From Myxococcales bacterium (lineage in GTDB: Bacteria > Myxococcota_A > Polyangia > Polyangiales > DASUME01), in the NCBI GenBank assembly GCA_047601445.1, contig JASGJH010000001.1:5120001-5184000 (forward strand): 64,000 nt of DNA, given 5' to 3'. The notes under the pieces were generated by a model. That model was not told the DNA's origin. It ran no database searches and was given only the letters and a program-made list of their open reading frames with translations. A program made the position numbers and the translations under genes. Positions 46,466-56,145 of the stretch are shown piece by piece. Within the stretch, counting starts at the first letter, position 1. Each line of letters starts with the position of its first letter.

Positions 46466-47953
46466 ATGGCCGAGTCACAAACCGAAAGCGCCGGTTCGAG
46501 CGCAGTTGCTGAAGACGATGCGTTCGGCGCGCTCTTGCGCAAGAGCTTCAAGCCCGCCACCGACGAGAAGGCCAAGGCCATCGAGCAGGCCGTCAGCACG
46601 CTGTGCGATTGGGCCACGCAGAACTCTGCGCTGCTCTCCGACGACACCGTAATCAGCATCAAGGGTCTGATCGCGCAGATCGACGCCAAGCTGAGCTCGC
46701 AGGTGAACGAGATCCTGCACCACCCGGATTTCCAGAAGCTCGAAGGTGCATGGCGTGGCCTGCATCACTTGGTGAACAACACCGAGACCGACGAGATGCT
46801 GAAGATCAGGGTGATGCCGATCTCCAAGCAAGAGCTCCATGGCACACTCAAGAAGTTCAAGGGTGCAGCCTGGGATCAGAGCCCGTTGTTCAAGAAGATC
46901 TACGAGGAAGAGTACGGCGTCCTCGGCGGCGAGCCGTTCGGCTGCCTGGTCGGCGACTACTACTTCGACCACAGCCCGATGGACGTGGAGTGCCTCGGAG
47001 AGATGGCGAAGATCGCCGCTGCCGCGCACGCACCCTTCATCTCGGCGGCTGCGCCCAACGTGATGGGCATGGAGTCCTGGCAGGAGCTTAGCAATCCGCG
47101 CGATCTCACCGCCATCTTCGGCACGCCCGAGTACGCCGGCTGGCGCTCGCTGCGGCAGTCCGAGGACTCGCGCTACATCGGCCTCACCATGCCGCGCTTC
47201 CTCGCGCGTCGCCCCTATGGCGCCAAGTCGGAGCCGGTGGAGGAGTTCGCCTTCGAGGAAGACACGGCGGGCGCGAGCTCCAGGAACTTCACCTGGGCCA
47301 ACGCGGCGTACGCGATGGCGGTGAACATCAACCGCGCGTTCAAGCTCTACGGCTGGTGCACCCAGATCCGCGGCATCGAGTCGGGCGGCAGCGTGACGGG
47401 TCTCCCGACCTACACGTTCCCCACCGACGACGGCGGCGTGGAGATGGCCTGTCCCACCGAGATCGCCATCGCCGACCGCCGCGAGGCGGAGCTCGCCAAG
47501 AACGGCTTCATGCCGCTCTTGCACCGCAAGAACAGCGACTTCGCGGCCTTCATCGGCGCGCAGTCCTTGCAGAAGCCCGTGACATACGACGACCCGGATG
47601 CCACGGCCAACGCCGAGCTCTCCGCACGTCTTCCCTACCTGTTCGCATCGGCCCGCTTCGCTCACTACCTCAAGGTCATCGTGCGCGACAAGGTCGGCTC
47701 CTCGATGAGCGGCGAGCAGTGCCAGACCTGGCTCAAGAACTGGATCAAGAACTACGTGCACGGCAATCCGTCCCACGCCAGCGAGCTCGAGAAGGCCAAG
47801 AAGCCGCTCGCGGCCGCCGAGGTGGTGGTGGAAGAAATCCCGGAGAACCCGGGTTACTACCGTGCGCAGTTCTTCCTCAAGCCGCACTACCAGCTCGAAG
47901 GTCTCACCATCGCGCTGAAGCTGGTGTCCAAGCTCAAGTCCGAGAAGAAGTAA
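46466..47953 (+). CDS. tssC: T6SS contractile sheath large subunit
   Basis: ILHHPDFQKLEGAWRGL, GGEPFG, AHAPF, RFAHYLK, KPHYQLEG. Confidence 0.97.
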   Translation: MAESQTESAGSSAVAEDDAFGALLRKSFKPATDEKAKAIEQAVSTLCDWATQNSALLSDDTVISIKGLIAQIDAKLSSQVNEILHHPDFQKLEGAWRGLHHLVNNTETDEMLKIRVMPISKQELHGTLKKFKGAAWDQSPLFKKIYEEEYGVLGGEPFGCLVGDYYFDHSPMDVECLGEMAKIAAAAHAPFISAAAPNVMGMESWQELSNPRDLTAIFGTPEYAGWRSLRQSEDSRYIGLTMPRFLARRPYGAKSEPVEEFAFEEDTAGASSRNFTWANAAYAMAVNINRAFKLYGWCTQIRGIESGGSVTGLPTYTFPTDDGGVEMACPTEIAIADRREAELAKNGFMPLLHRKNSDFAAFIGAQSLQKPVTYDDPDATANAELSARLPYLFASARFAHYLKVIVRDKVGSSMSGEQCQTWLKNWIKNYVHGNPSHASELEKAKKPLAAAEVVVEEIPENPGYYRAQFFLKPHYQLEGLTIALKLVSKLKSEKK

Positions 47954-48019
47954 CGCGACCGAAGGTCGGTCGTGTCCGTTGTTGGGATGAATGTTGGTCT
48001 GAATTAACTGGAGGCGACC

Positions 48020-48517
48020 ATGGCAGTCGATATGTTCATCAAGATCACGTCCTCTGAAGGGGACGTGGAAGGCGAGTCCGTTGACTCTCAGCACGGCGGC
48101 GAGATCGAAGTGCTCTCGTGGGCGTGGGGCATGTCGCAGAGCGGCAGCACCCACTCCGGCTCGGGCGGCGGCTCGGGCAAGGTAAACGTGAACGACCTGT
48201 CGATCACCAAGTACATCGACAAGTCCACGCCCACGCTCATGAAGATCTGCTGCAACGGCACGCACCTCCCCGAGGCGCTGCTCACCATCCGCAAGGCTGG
48301 CGGCACGTCCCCCGTGGAGTACGTGAAGCTCAAGCTCAAGGAGTGCATCGTCTCCTCGATCACCACCGGCGGCGCCGGCGGCGGGGATCGTCTCACCGAG
48401 ACGGTGTCCCTGAACTTCGCCGAGTTCCACTACGAGTACACGCCCCAGGAAGCCGACAACACCGCCGGTGCGTCGATTCCGATCGCGTGGAACATCGCGC
48501 AGAACGTCGAAGTCTGA
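48020..48517 (+). CDS. hcp: T6SS tube protein Hcp (TssD)
   Basis: GES.D..H..EIEVLSWAWG, KYIDKSTP, ETVSLNF, WNI. Confidence 0.96.
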   Translation: MAVDMFIKITSSEGDVEGESVDSQHGGEIEVLSWAWGMSQSGSTHSGSGGGSGKVNVNDLSITKYIDKSTPTLMKICCNGTHLPEALLTIRKAGGTSPVEYVKLKLKECIVSSITTGGAGGGDRLTETVSLNFAEFHYEYTPQEADNTAGASIPIAWNIAQNVEV

Positions 48518-48629
48518 CGTCTGTCTGCTTCAACGCTCGCGCCGCGCGCGAGCTATGCGCGAACTACCTCGCGTAGTCTTCTAGTCCTCAAGTCACGACC
48601 AAATTCCTCCCACAAGTTGAGTAAACCCC

Positions 48630-49445
48630 ATGCTGGCAGAGAGGCTCGCCCAAACGGGCAACCTGGAGGGCGTCCTCGCGAAACTGCAGGGCGAAGTGCG
48701 CGAATCGCCTGGCGACGCGCGCCTGCGCACCTTCCTGTTTCAACTTCTGTCAGTCATGGGGGATTGGGAGCGCGCCCTCAAGCAACTGCAGGCAGCGGGC
48801 ACCATGGACCCGGCCGCCGTTCCCATGGCGCACTCCTATCGCGAGCTGATTCGCTGTGAAGTCGTGCGAGCGGAGGTCTTCGCAGGCCGCGCTGCGCCCA
48901 CCGTGCTCGGAGAGCCCCGCGAATGGGTGCTGTCGCTGGTGAAGGCGCTCGAGCTCACGGCCCTGGGCCAACACGAACAAGCCGAATCGCTGCGCCAGAG
49001 CGCACTCGAAGCAGCGCCCGCGACCTTGGGCCGCGCCGACGCGCAGAGCTTCGCGTGGATCGCCGACGCCGACAGCCGCCTAGGCCCCGTGCTCGAGGCC
49101 ATCGTGCTCGGACGCTATTGCTGGATTCCCTTCGATCTCATCGAGAACCTCACCTTCGAGGCTCCCAAGGATTTGCGCGATCTAGTGTGGATGCCAGGGC
49201 TCATCACGCTGCGCGGACAGGACGCCCAGGTGGTCTTCGTGCCCGCACGCTATCCGGGCACCGAGCACCAGGACGACGCGCACAAGCTAAGCCGCAAGAC
49301 CACCTGGGAAGAGAGAGGCCAGACCACGTTTTGCGGGCTCGGGCAGCGCGTGTTCGCCACGGACACGGGAGATCTTTCCCTGCTCGACCTGCGCCAGCTG
49401 ACGTTGCAGGCGAGCGACGTAACCGCAGACGCCGCGCATGGCTGA
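48630..49445 (+). CDS. tagJ: T6SS accessory protein TagJ/ImpE
   Basis: LFQLLSVMGDWERALKQL, WIADADSRLGPVLE, LRDLVW, PARYPG, GLGQR. Confidence 0.92.
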   Translation: MLAERLAQTGNLEGVLAKLQGEVRESPGDARLRTFLFQLLSVMGDWERALKQLQAAGTMDPAAVPMAHSYRELIRCEVVRAEVFAGRAAPTVLGEPREWVLSLVKALELTALGQHEQAESLRQSALEAAPATLGRADAQSFAWIADADSRLGPVLEAIVLGRYCWIPFDLIENLTFEAPKDLRDLVWMPGLITLRGQDAQVVFVPARYPGTEHQDDAHKLSRKTTWEERGQTTFCGLGQRVFATDTGDLSLLDLRQLTLQASDVTADAAHG

Positions 49446-49953
49446 GGTGACCTCACGCGAACGGCTCAAGCCGTCGCTGCTCGATCGGCTCACGGATCAC
49501 AGCCCAGAACAACGCCGCGAGAGCATCGAGATGGCCGCCCAGAGCGGCTCGCAGCTGCGTGAGAGCGTGCGAAGAGACCTCGGTTGGCTGTTCAACACGG
49601 TGCAGCTCTCGTCGGCCATGCCGCAGCTCGCCGAGTACCCCGAGGTGAGCCGCTCGGTGCTGAACTTCGGCATTCCCGATTTGGCCGGGCGTGCCCTGAG
49701 CAGCCTCGATCCGAGGGAGCTCGAGAAGGTACTGCGCGCCACCATCTTGCAGTACGAGCCGCGCCTGCTGCGCAACACCGTAAACATGCGGGTCGCGGCC
49801 GACAAGACGCAGATGGGACAGAACTCGGTGGTGTTCTACGTGGAGGCGTCCCTGTGGTCGCAGCCCGTACCCGTCTCGCTCTATCTGCGCACGGAGCTGA
49901 ATCTCGAAGACGGATCGGTGCGCGTCGAGGAAGTCGACGCAGGAGCGAAGTAA
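49438..49953 (+). CDS. tssE: T6SS baseplate TssE (gp25-like)
   Basis: PSLLDRL, VRRDLGWLFNT, SVLNFGIPD, YEPRL. Confidence 0.95.
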   Translation: MAEVTSRERLKPSLLDRLTDHSPEQRRESIEMAAQSGSQLRESVRRDLGWLFNTVQLSSAMPQLAEYPEVSRSVLNFGIPDLAGRALSSLDPRELEKVLRATILQYEPRLLRNTVNMRVAADKTQMGQNSVVFYVEASLWSQPVPVSLYLRTELNLEDGSVRVEEVDAGAK

Positions 49954-51821
49954 TGGATCCGCGCTTTCTCCGCTACTACGAGCGCGAGCTCAAGAACGTG
50001 CGCGAGCTCGGGGGCGAGTTCGCACGCGAGTACCCCAAGATCGCAGGCCGACTTTCACTCGACGCCTTCGAGTGCGCGGACCCCTACGTGGAGCGGTTGC
50101 TCGAGGGTTTCGCATTCCTGGCGGCTCGCGTGCAGCTCAAGATCGACGCCGAATTCCCGGCGTTCACGCAGCACCTGCTCGAGCTCCTGTACCCAGGCTA
50201 TCTGGCGCCCACGCCGTCCATGGCCGTCGTGCAGCTGCGCCCGAGCCGACGCGAAGGCAACCTCGCGAGCGGCATCCGCGTGCCCAGGGGCACGAGCTTG
50301 CACTCGCGGCTGGGCGCCGGCTCCACGGCTTGCGAGTACCGCACGGGCCACGAGGTCACGCTGCTGCCGCTGGAGATCGTATCGGCCGACTACACGGCCG
50401 TGCTCGGGACCTTCTACGACGTGGAGAAGGCCCAGGTGCCCGGCGCGAAGGCAGCCCTGCGCGTGGTGCTTCGGACCACCGCGTCTGCCCCCTTCAACAA
50501 GCTCAACCTCGACGATCTCACCTTCTTCGTGAACGGTGGTAACGACGTCGCCGCGCGCCTGCACGAGAACGTGCTCTCCCACAACATGGGGATGTTGCTG
50601 CAGTCTACGCAGCGCCCGGTGGCGTTCCGGCACGTGCACCGGGGGCCCTCCGTGGCCGCCGTGGGCTACCACGAGGACGAAGCGCTCCTGCCCTGCGGTC
50701 AGCGGGCGTTCCAGGGCCATCGCCTGCTGCACGAGTACTTCGCATTCCCCACGCGCTACATGTTCTTCCAGGTGCGGGGCCTCGCCAAGCACGTGCGCCA
50801 GATCAGCGCCACGGAGCTCGAGCTCATCCTGCTGTTCAGCCGCAGCGATCCGCGCCTCGAGGGTGCGGTGCGCGCCGCGAACCTGGCGCTGTTCTGCACG
50901 CCGGTGGTGAACCTGTTCCCGCGCGTGGCCGACCGCATCCTGCTGAGCCATCGCGATCACGAGTACCACGTGATCCCGGACCGTACGCGCCCGCTGGACC
51001 TGGAGGTCTACGGGATCAGCCAGGTGATCGGTTACGGCAGCCGCAACAGCGAGCAAAAAGAGTTTTCGCCCATGTACGCGCTGCAGGGCGGTGCCAGCGA
51101 TCGGCGCGCCTACTATGCCGTGCGACGCGAACCGCGCGCGGCGTCGGCCCGTGAGCGCGCCCGCGGCCCACGCTCGGCCTACGCGGGGTCCGAGACGTTC
51201 GTCTCGCTGGTAGACGGCAACTTCGGTCCCTTCGACCCCGAGCTGAAGCAGCTCGGCATCACCACGCTCTGCACCAATCGCGACCTCCCGCTGCACCTGG
51301 TGTTCGGCCAGAGCGACACCGACTTCACCACGGACTCGGGCGCACCCGTGGAGAGCATTCGCTGCCTCTCCGGTCCCTCCGCGCCCAAGAATTCCCCGGT
51401 TTACGGTCCCACGGCCTGGCGCCTCCTGTCGCATCTCAACGTCGACTACCTGGCGCTCATGCGCGAGAACGACCAGGCCAGCGCCAACGCGCTGCGCTCC
51501 CTGTTGACCCTGTACGCAGACTTCTCCGACGCCGCCCACACCAAGCAGGTCGAGGGCTTGAACCGCGTGCGCTCGCAGACCGTGGTGCGTCCGCTGCCCT
51601 TTCCTGGGCCGCTCACGCTCGGCCGCGGGCTCGAGATCACGCTCGAGTGCGACGAGAGTGCCTTCGAGGGCTCGAGCGCGTTCTTGCTCGGAGCGGTGCT
51701 CGAGCGCTTCTTCGCTCGCTACGCGTCCATCAATGGCTTTTGCGAGACCGTGCTGCGCACGGTGCAACGAGGGGAGATTGTCCGGTGGCCCACGACGGCA
51801 GGACAGCGCAGGATGGTGTGA
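49953..51821 (+). CDS. tssF: T6SS baseplate TssF
   Basis: MDPRFLRYYERELK, DPYVERLLEGFAFL, EYFAFP, CTPVVNLF, CTNRDLP, YASINGF. Confidence 0.96.
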   Translation: MDPRFLRYYERELKNVRELGGEFAREYPKIAGRLSLDAFECADPYVERLLEGFAFLAARVQLKIDAEFPAFTQHLLELLYPGYLAPTPSMAVVQLRPSRREGNLASGIRVPRGTSLHSRLGAGSTACEYRTGHEVTLLPLEIVSADYTAVLGTFYDVEKAQVPGAKAALRVVLRTTASAPFNKLNLDDLTFFVNGGNDVAARLHENVLSHNMGMLLQSTQRPVAFRHVHRGPSVAAVGYHEDEALLPCGQRAFQGHRLLHEYFAFPTRYMFFQVRGLAKHVRQISATELELILLFSRSDPRLEGAVRAANLALFCTPVVNLFPRVADRILLSHRDHEYHVIPDRTRPLDLEVYGISQVIGYGSRNSEQKEFSPMYALQGGASDRRAYYAVRREPRAASARERARGPRSAYAGSETFVSLVDGNFGPFDPELKQLGITTLCTNRDLPLHLVFGQSDTDFTTDSGAPVESIRCLSGPSAPKNSPVYGPTAWRLLSHLNVDYLALMRENDQASANALRSLLTLYADFSDAAHTKQVEGLNRVRSQTVVRPLPFPGPLTLGRGLEITLECDESAFEGSSAFLLGAVLERFFARYASINGFCETVLRTVQRGEIVRWPTTAGQRRMV

Positions 51822-52874
51822 GCGAGGAGCTGCTCGCCGCACTCACGGAGCACGACTTCTTCGGCGCGCTGCGGCGCGTGGAGTGCGTGCGTCGTGATCG
51901 GCCACGCCTCGGCGAAGCCACGCATATGGAGGACGAGGCCGTCCGACTCGGCCAGACGCCCGATCTCCGCGTTCTCCGCCCGCGCCATCGCCAGCTACAC
52001 CAAGTCCGACGACGAGACCCCGGCGCGCATCGACGTGAGCTTTTTGGGATTGTGGGGCGCCAACGGTCCGATGCCGTTGCACCTCACCGAGTATGCCTAT
52101 CAGCGCGCTCGTCACTCCCAGGACCACACACTCACTGCCTTCGCCAACATCTTCCACCACCGCATCCTCACGCTGCTCTATCGCGCCTGGGCCAACGCTC
52201 AGCCGACCACCAGCAACGACCGTCCCGAAGCCGACCGCTTCGCGGCCTTCATCGCTGCGCTCACCGGCATCGACCGCAGCACCGAAGACGGCGGGCCCAG
52301 CGGGCTAGACCACCTCTCGATGTACGTGGCGAGTCACTTCGTGGGCACCACGCGGCACCCGGAAGGCCTGGCCAAGGCGCTCTCCGTGCTGCTCGATGTG
52401 CCGGTGTCCATCGAGGAATTCGTGGGCGAGTGGCTCGATGTGCCGAGCGAGTTTTGCTGGCAGCTCGCGGCCAAGAACGTGGCGGACACCCGGCTCGGGC
52501 AGCTCGGACTGGGCACGCGCCTGGGCCGCCAAAAGTGGGAGCGTCAGTTCAAGTTCCGCGTGGTGCTCGGCCCGATGCGGCGCGCGACCTACGAGCGGCT
52601 CCTGCCGGGAGGCGCGGACCTCGCGCGCGTGGTGTCGGTGGTGCGGCGCTACACGGGCGCGGACCTCAGCTGGGATTTGCGGCTGATCCTGCGCACGAGC
52701 GACATGCAGCCTACCCGCCTCGGCGTCGCGGGGCGCCTCGGTACCAGCACCTACCTCGTGCGCGCGCAGAACGACGGCACGCGTCACTGGCAAGACCTCA
52801 CCTTCAACCCACTCCATGTGCCGAGCCCCTCAGGCTCGTCGGCCGTAGCCCAAAGCGAGGCGAACCATGTCTGA
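51818..52874 (+). CDS. tssG: T6SS baseplate TssG (apparent +1 frameshift at ~51967)
   Basis: DFFGALRRVE...VRLGQTPDL then AFSARAI...FLGLWGANGPMPLHLTE, NIFHHR..LLYRAW; one extra C after GATCTC. Confidence 0.9.
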
Positions 52875-55590
52875 AATCCGCCGCGAAGTGCTGTTTTCCA
52901 AGCTCAACAAGGTCGCGTACCAGACCGTGGAGGGAGCCACCCTCTTCTGCAAGCTGCGCGGAAACCCCTACGTGGAGCTCGCCCACTGGTTGCATCAGGC
53001 CCTGGAGCACGGCGATTCCGACCTGCGGCTCGTGGTGCGCGCCTTCGAGCTCGACCCCTCGAAGTTGGCCGCCGATTTGACGCAGGCCCTCGACCGCATG
53101 CCACGCGGGTCGACCTCCGTGCAGGACCTCTCGCCACACATCGATCGCATGGTGGAGCGCTCCTTCGTGTACGCCAACCTGCTGTTCGCCGAGCAGACCA
53201 TCCGCACGGGCCACATGCTGTTCGCCCTGCTCAAGACGCCCGAGCTGCTCCAGCCGCTGCGCGCCATATCGAAGCAGTTCGACCGCATTGGCGCCGACGA
53301 TTTCGCACGCCGCTTCGAGACCGTGCTCGGCAAGGCGTCGGAGTCTGCACTGGTGCAGGCCGCCGTGTTCGCACCCGCGAGTGCCGGAGCCGATGTGGCG
53401 CCCGCCACGATGGGCAAGCAAGAGGCGCTCAACCGCTATTCGGTGGACCTCACCGAGCGCGCGCGCAAGGGCGAGATCGATCCGATCGTTGGGCGCGACC
53501 ACGAGATGCGGCAGGTGGTCGACATCCTGATGCGGCGCCGCCAGAACAACCCCATCCTCACGGGCGAAGCGGGCGTGGGCAAGACCGCCGTCGTCGAGGG
53601 CCTCGCGCTGCGCATCGCCCATGGCGACGTGCCGCCGTCGCTGCGTGAGGTGTCGCTGCGCTCCCTCGATATCGGCCTGTTGCAGGCCGGCGCGAGCATG
53701 AAGGGAGAGTTCGAGCAGCGTCTGCGACAGGTAATCGACGAGGTCCAGGCCTCCGAGAAGCCCATCATCTTGTTCATCGACGAGGCCCACACCTTGATTG
53801 GGGCTGGTGGAGCTGCGGGCACGGGCGACGCCGCCAACCTGCTCAAGCCGGCCCTGGCGCGCGGCAAGCTGCGCACCATCGCGGCCACCACCTGGGCCGA
53901 GTACAAGAAGCACATCGAGAAGGACCCCGCGCTCACGCGCCGCTTCCAGGTAGTGCAAGTGGGTGAGCCGAGCGAGGAGACGGCGCTCCGCATGATGCGC
54001 GCCATGGCTCACACGCTCGAGTCCCACCACCGCGTGCAAATCCTCGACGACGCGCTCGAAGCCGCGGTCAAGCTTTCCCACCGCTACATCCCCGCGCGCC
54101 AACTGCCGGACAAGTCCGTGAGCTTGCTCGACACCACCTGCGCGCGCGTGGCCGTGAGTCAGCACGCGGTCCCCGCCGCGGTGGAGGAGACGCGACGCAC
54201 CATCGAGGCGCTCGAGACCGAGCTCGGCATCATCGGCCGCGAAGACGCGCTCGGCATGAACATCGAAAAGCGCCGCACGCAGGCCGAGCAGAAGTTGGCC
54301 GAGTCCAGGAGTCGCCTCGACACGCTGGAGCGCCGCTGGAAGAGCGAGAACGCCCTGGTCACGCGGGTGCTCGAGATCCGCAAGCAACTGCGCAAGGGCG
54401 CGCAACCCATCGACGCCAAGGGTGCGGTCGACGCCAAGGGTGCGGCCGGCGCGAGCGCGGTCGAGGCCCCCAAGGCCGACGAAGCGCCGAGCCCCGAGCA
54501 GCGCGAGAAGCTGCTGGCCGAGCTGCGCGGGCTGGAAGCCGAGCTAGCACAGCTGCAAGGCGACGAGCCGCTGATCCTGCCGAGCGTGGATGCCCAGGCG
54601 GTGGGCTCCGTGGTGAGCGACTGGACCGGGATCCCGGTGGGTCGCATGGTACGCAACGAGTTGGCCGCGGTGCTCAACCTGGCGGACACCATCAGCAAGC
54701 GTGTGATCGGACAGCGTCACGCCCTCGAGCTCATCGCACAGCGCGTGCAGACCACGCGCGCAGGCCTCGAGGATCCTCGCAAGCCCATCGGCGTGTTCCT
54801 GCTGGCAGGTCCCTCGGGCGTGGGCAAGACGGAGACCGCGCTGGCCCTGGCCGAGGCCCTGTTCGGGGGCGAGCAGAGCCTCATCACCATCAACATGAGC
54901 GAGTTCCAGGAAGCCCACACGGTGTCCACGCTCAAGGGCTCTCCGCCCGGCTACGTGGGCTATGGCGAGGGTGGCGTGCTCACGGAGGCCGTGCGCCGCA
55001 GGCCCTACAGCGTGGTGCTGCTCGACGAGGTCGAGAAGGCGCACTCGGACGTGCACGAGCTTTTCTTCCAGGTGTTCGACAAGGGCTTCATGGAAGACGG
55101 CGAGGGCCGCGTCATCGACTTCAAGAACACGCTGATTCTGCTCACCTCCAACGCAGGCAGCGACCTCAGCATGCAGATGTGCAGCGACCCCGAGCTGATG
55201 CCCACTCCGGAGGCCATGGCCAAGGCCCTGCGCACGCCCTTGCTCAAGGTGTTCCCGCCCGCGTTGCTCGGGCGCATGGTCACCATCCCCTACTACCCGC
55301 TGAGCGATCAGATGATCCGCTCCATCGTCGAGCTCCAGCTCAAGCGCGTGCAGACGCGCGTGCAGACACGCTACGGTATCCCCTTCGGCTACGACGAAGC
55401 GGTGGCCAAGCTGGTGGCCGGACGCTGCACCGAGCTCGAAAGCGGCGCACGCATGATCGAGTCCATGCTGGCCAACACACTGCTGCCACGGCTGAGCCAG
55501 GAGTTCTTGAACCGCGTGATGGACGGACGCGAGTTGAAGAGCGTGCAGGTGGGCGTGAAGAACGGCGAGTTCGACTACGTGTTCGAGTGA
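52867..55590 (+). CDS. tssH: T6SS ATPase ClpV
   Basis: Two AAA modules (GEAGVGKT, GPSGVGKT), RRRQNNPIL, KGSPPGYVGYGEGG. Confidence 0.97.
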   Translation: MSEIRREVLFSKLNKVAYQTVEGATLFCKLRGNPYVELAHWLHQALEHGDSDLRLVVRAFELDPSKLAADLTQALDRMPRGSTSVQDLSPHIDRMVERSFVYANLLFAEQTIRTGHMLFALLKTPELLQPLRAISKQFDRIGADDFARRFETVLGKASESALVQAAVFAPASAGADVAPATMGKQEALNRYSVDLTERARKGEIDPIVGRDHEMRQVVDILMRRRQNNPILTGEAGVGKTAVVEGLALRIAHGDVPPSLREVSLRSLDIGLLQAGASMKGEFEQRLRQVIDEVQASEKPIILFIDEAHTLIGAGGAAGTGDAANLLKPALARGKLRTIAATTWAEYKKHIEKDPALTRRFQVVQVGEPSEETALRMMRAMAHTLESHHRVQILDDALEAAVKLSHRYIPARQLPDKSVSLLDTTCARVAVSQHAVPAAVEETRRTIEALETELGIIGREDALGMNIEKRRTQAEQKLAESRSRLDTLERRWKSENALVTRVLEIRKQLRKGAQPIDAKGAVDAKGAAGASAVEAPKADEAPSPEQREKLLAELRGLEAELAQLQGDEPLILPSVDAQAVGSVVSDWTGIPVGRMVRNELAAVLNLADTISKRVIGQRHALELIAQRVQTTRAGLEDPRKPIGVFLLAGPSGVGKTETALALAEALFGGEQSLITINMSEFQEAHTVSTLKGSPPGYVGYGEGGVLTEAVRRRPYSVVLLDEVEKAHSDVHELFFQVFDKGFMEDGEGRVIDFKNTLILLTSNAGSDLSMQMCSDPELMPTPEAMAKALRTPLLKVFPPALLGRMVTIPYYPLSDQMIRSIVELQLKRVQTRVQTRYGIPFGYDEAVAKLVAGRCTELESGARMIESMLANTLLPRLSQEFLNRVMDGRELKSVQVGVKNGEFDYVFE
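54410..54445 (+). repeat. Perfect 18-bp tandem duplication inside clpV
   Basis: TCGACGCCAAGGGTGCGG x2 (IDAKGA/VDAKGA). Confidence 0.85.
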
Positions 55591-56075
55591 GCTCGAGGCT
55601 CGCCATACGAGCGACGCGCCATGCGGCCAGTTCCACGCGAGCGCTGGGAGTCCTCGGGCTCCTGGCCTCGTTCCACGTGAGCTGCGACGCGCCGCTGGTT
55701 CCGATCCCGTGGCAGTGGGCCAATGGGCGAGCCGCGCAGACAAAGGCCGTGGTGGAGATCAAGGCACTGGCCACACCCGGCGATGGATGGTTCGGCATCG
55801 GACGCTCGCCTTCGATCGCGAACAACCTCCCTGACCCGGTGGACCTCGAGGGTCAGGTCGTCACGAGCAGCCCGCACATCGACCTCGACCGCATGCTCGT
55901 GCGACTACCGCGCTCCGAGCTCGGCACGGCGCGAGTTGGGCAGCGGGTGGCCCTGGGCATGTTCGACAACAGCTGCATTTGCGTCGCTGCAGTGCCCGAG
56001 TACGTGGCCGCCGCCAACGTCACGCAGTGGCTGGACGCTTGGCGCTGCGCTGAAGCGTCGCAGCCTAAGCCCTAG
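55587..56075 (+). CDS. Hypothetical protein, possibly a lipoprotein, coupled to clpV
   Basis: GTG start overlapping the clpV stop; hydrophobic stretch ending in VSC. Confidence 0.55.
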   Translation: MSSRLAIRATRHAASSTRALGVLGLLASFHVSCDAPLVPIPWQWANGRAAQTKAVVEIKALATPGDGWFGIGRSPSIANNLPDPVDLEGQVVTSSPHIDLDRMLVRLPRSELGTARVGQRVALGMFDNSCICVAAVPEYVAAANVTQWLDAWRCAEASQPKP

Positions 56076-56145
56076 TAAGACTGTTCAGGGTGAGTGCGAC
56101 GCCTTGAGTCTTGGATTGCTTTGGGTCAGGTGGTAGCGCTGTCGC

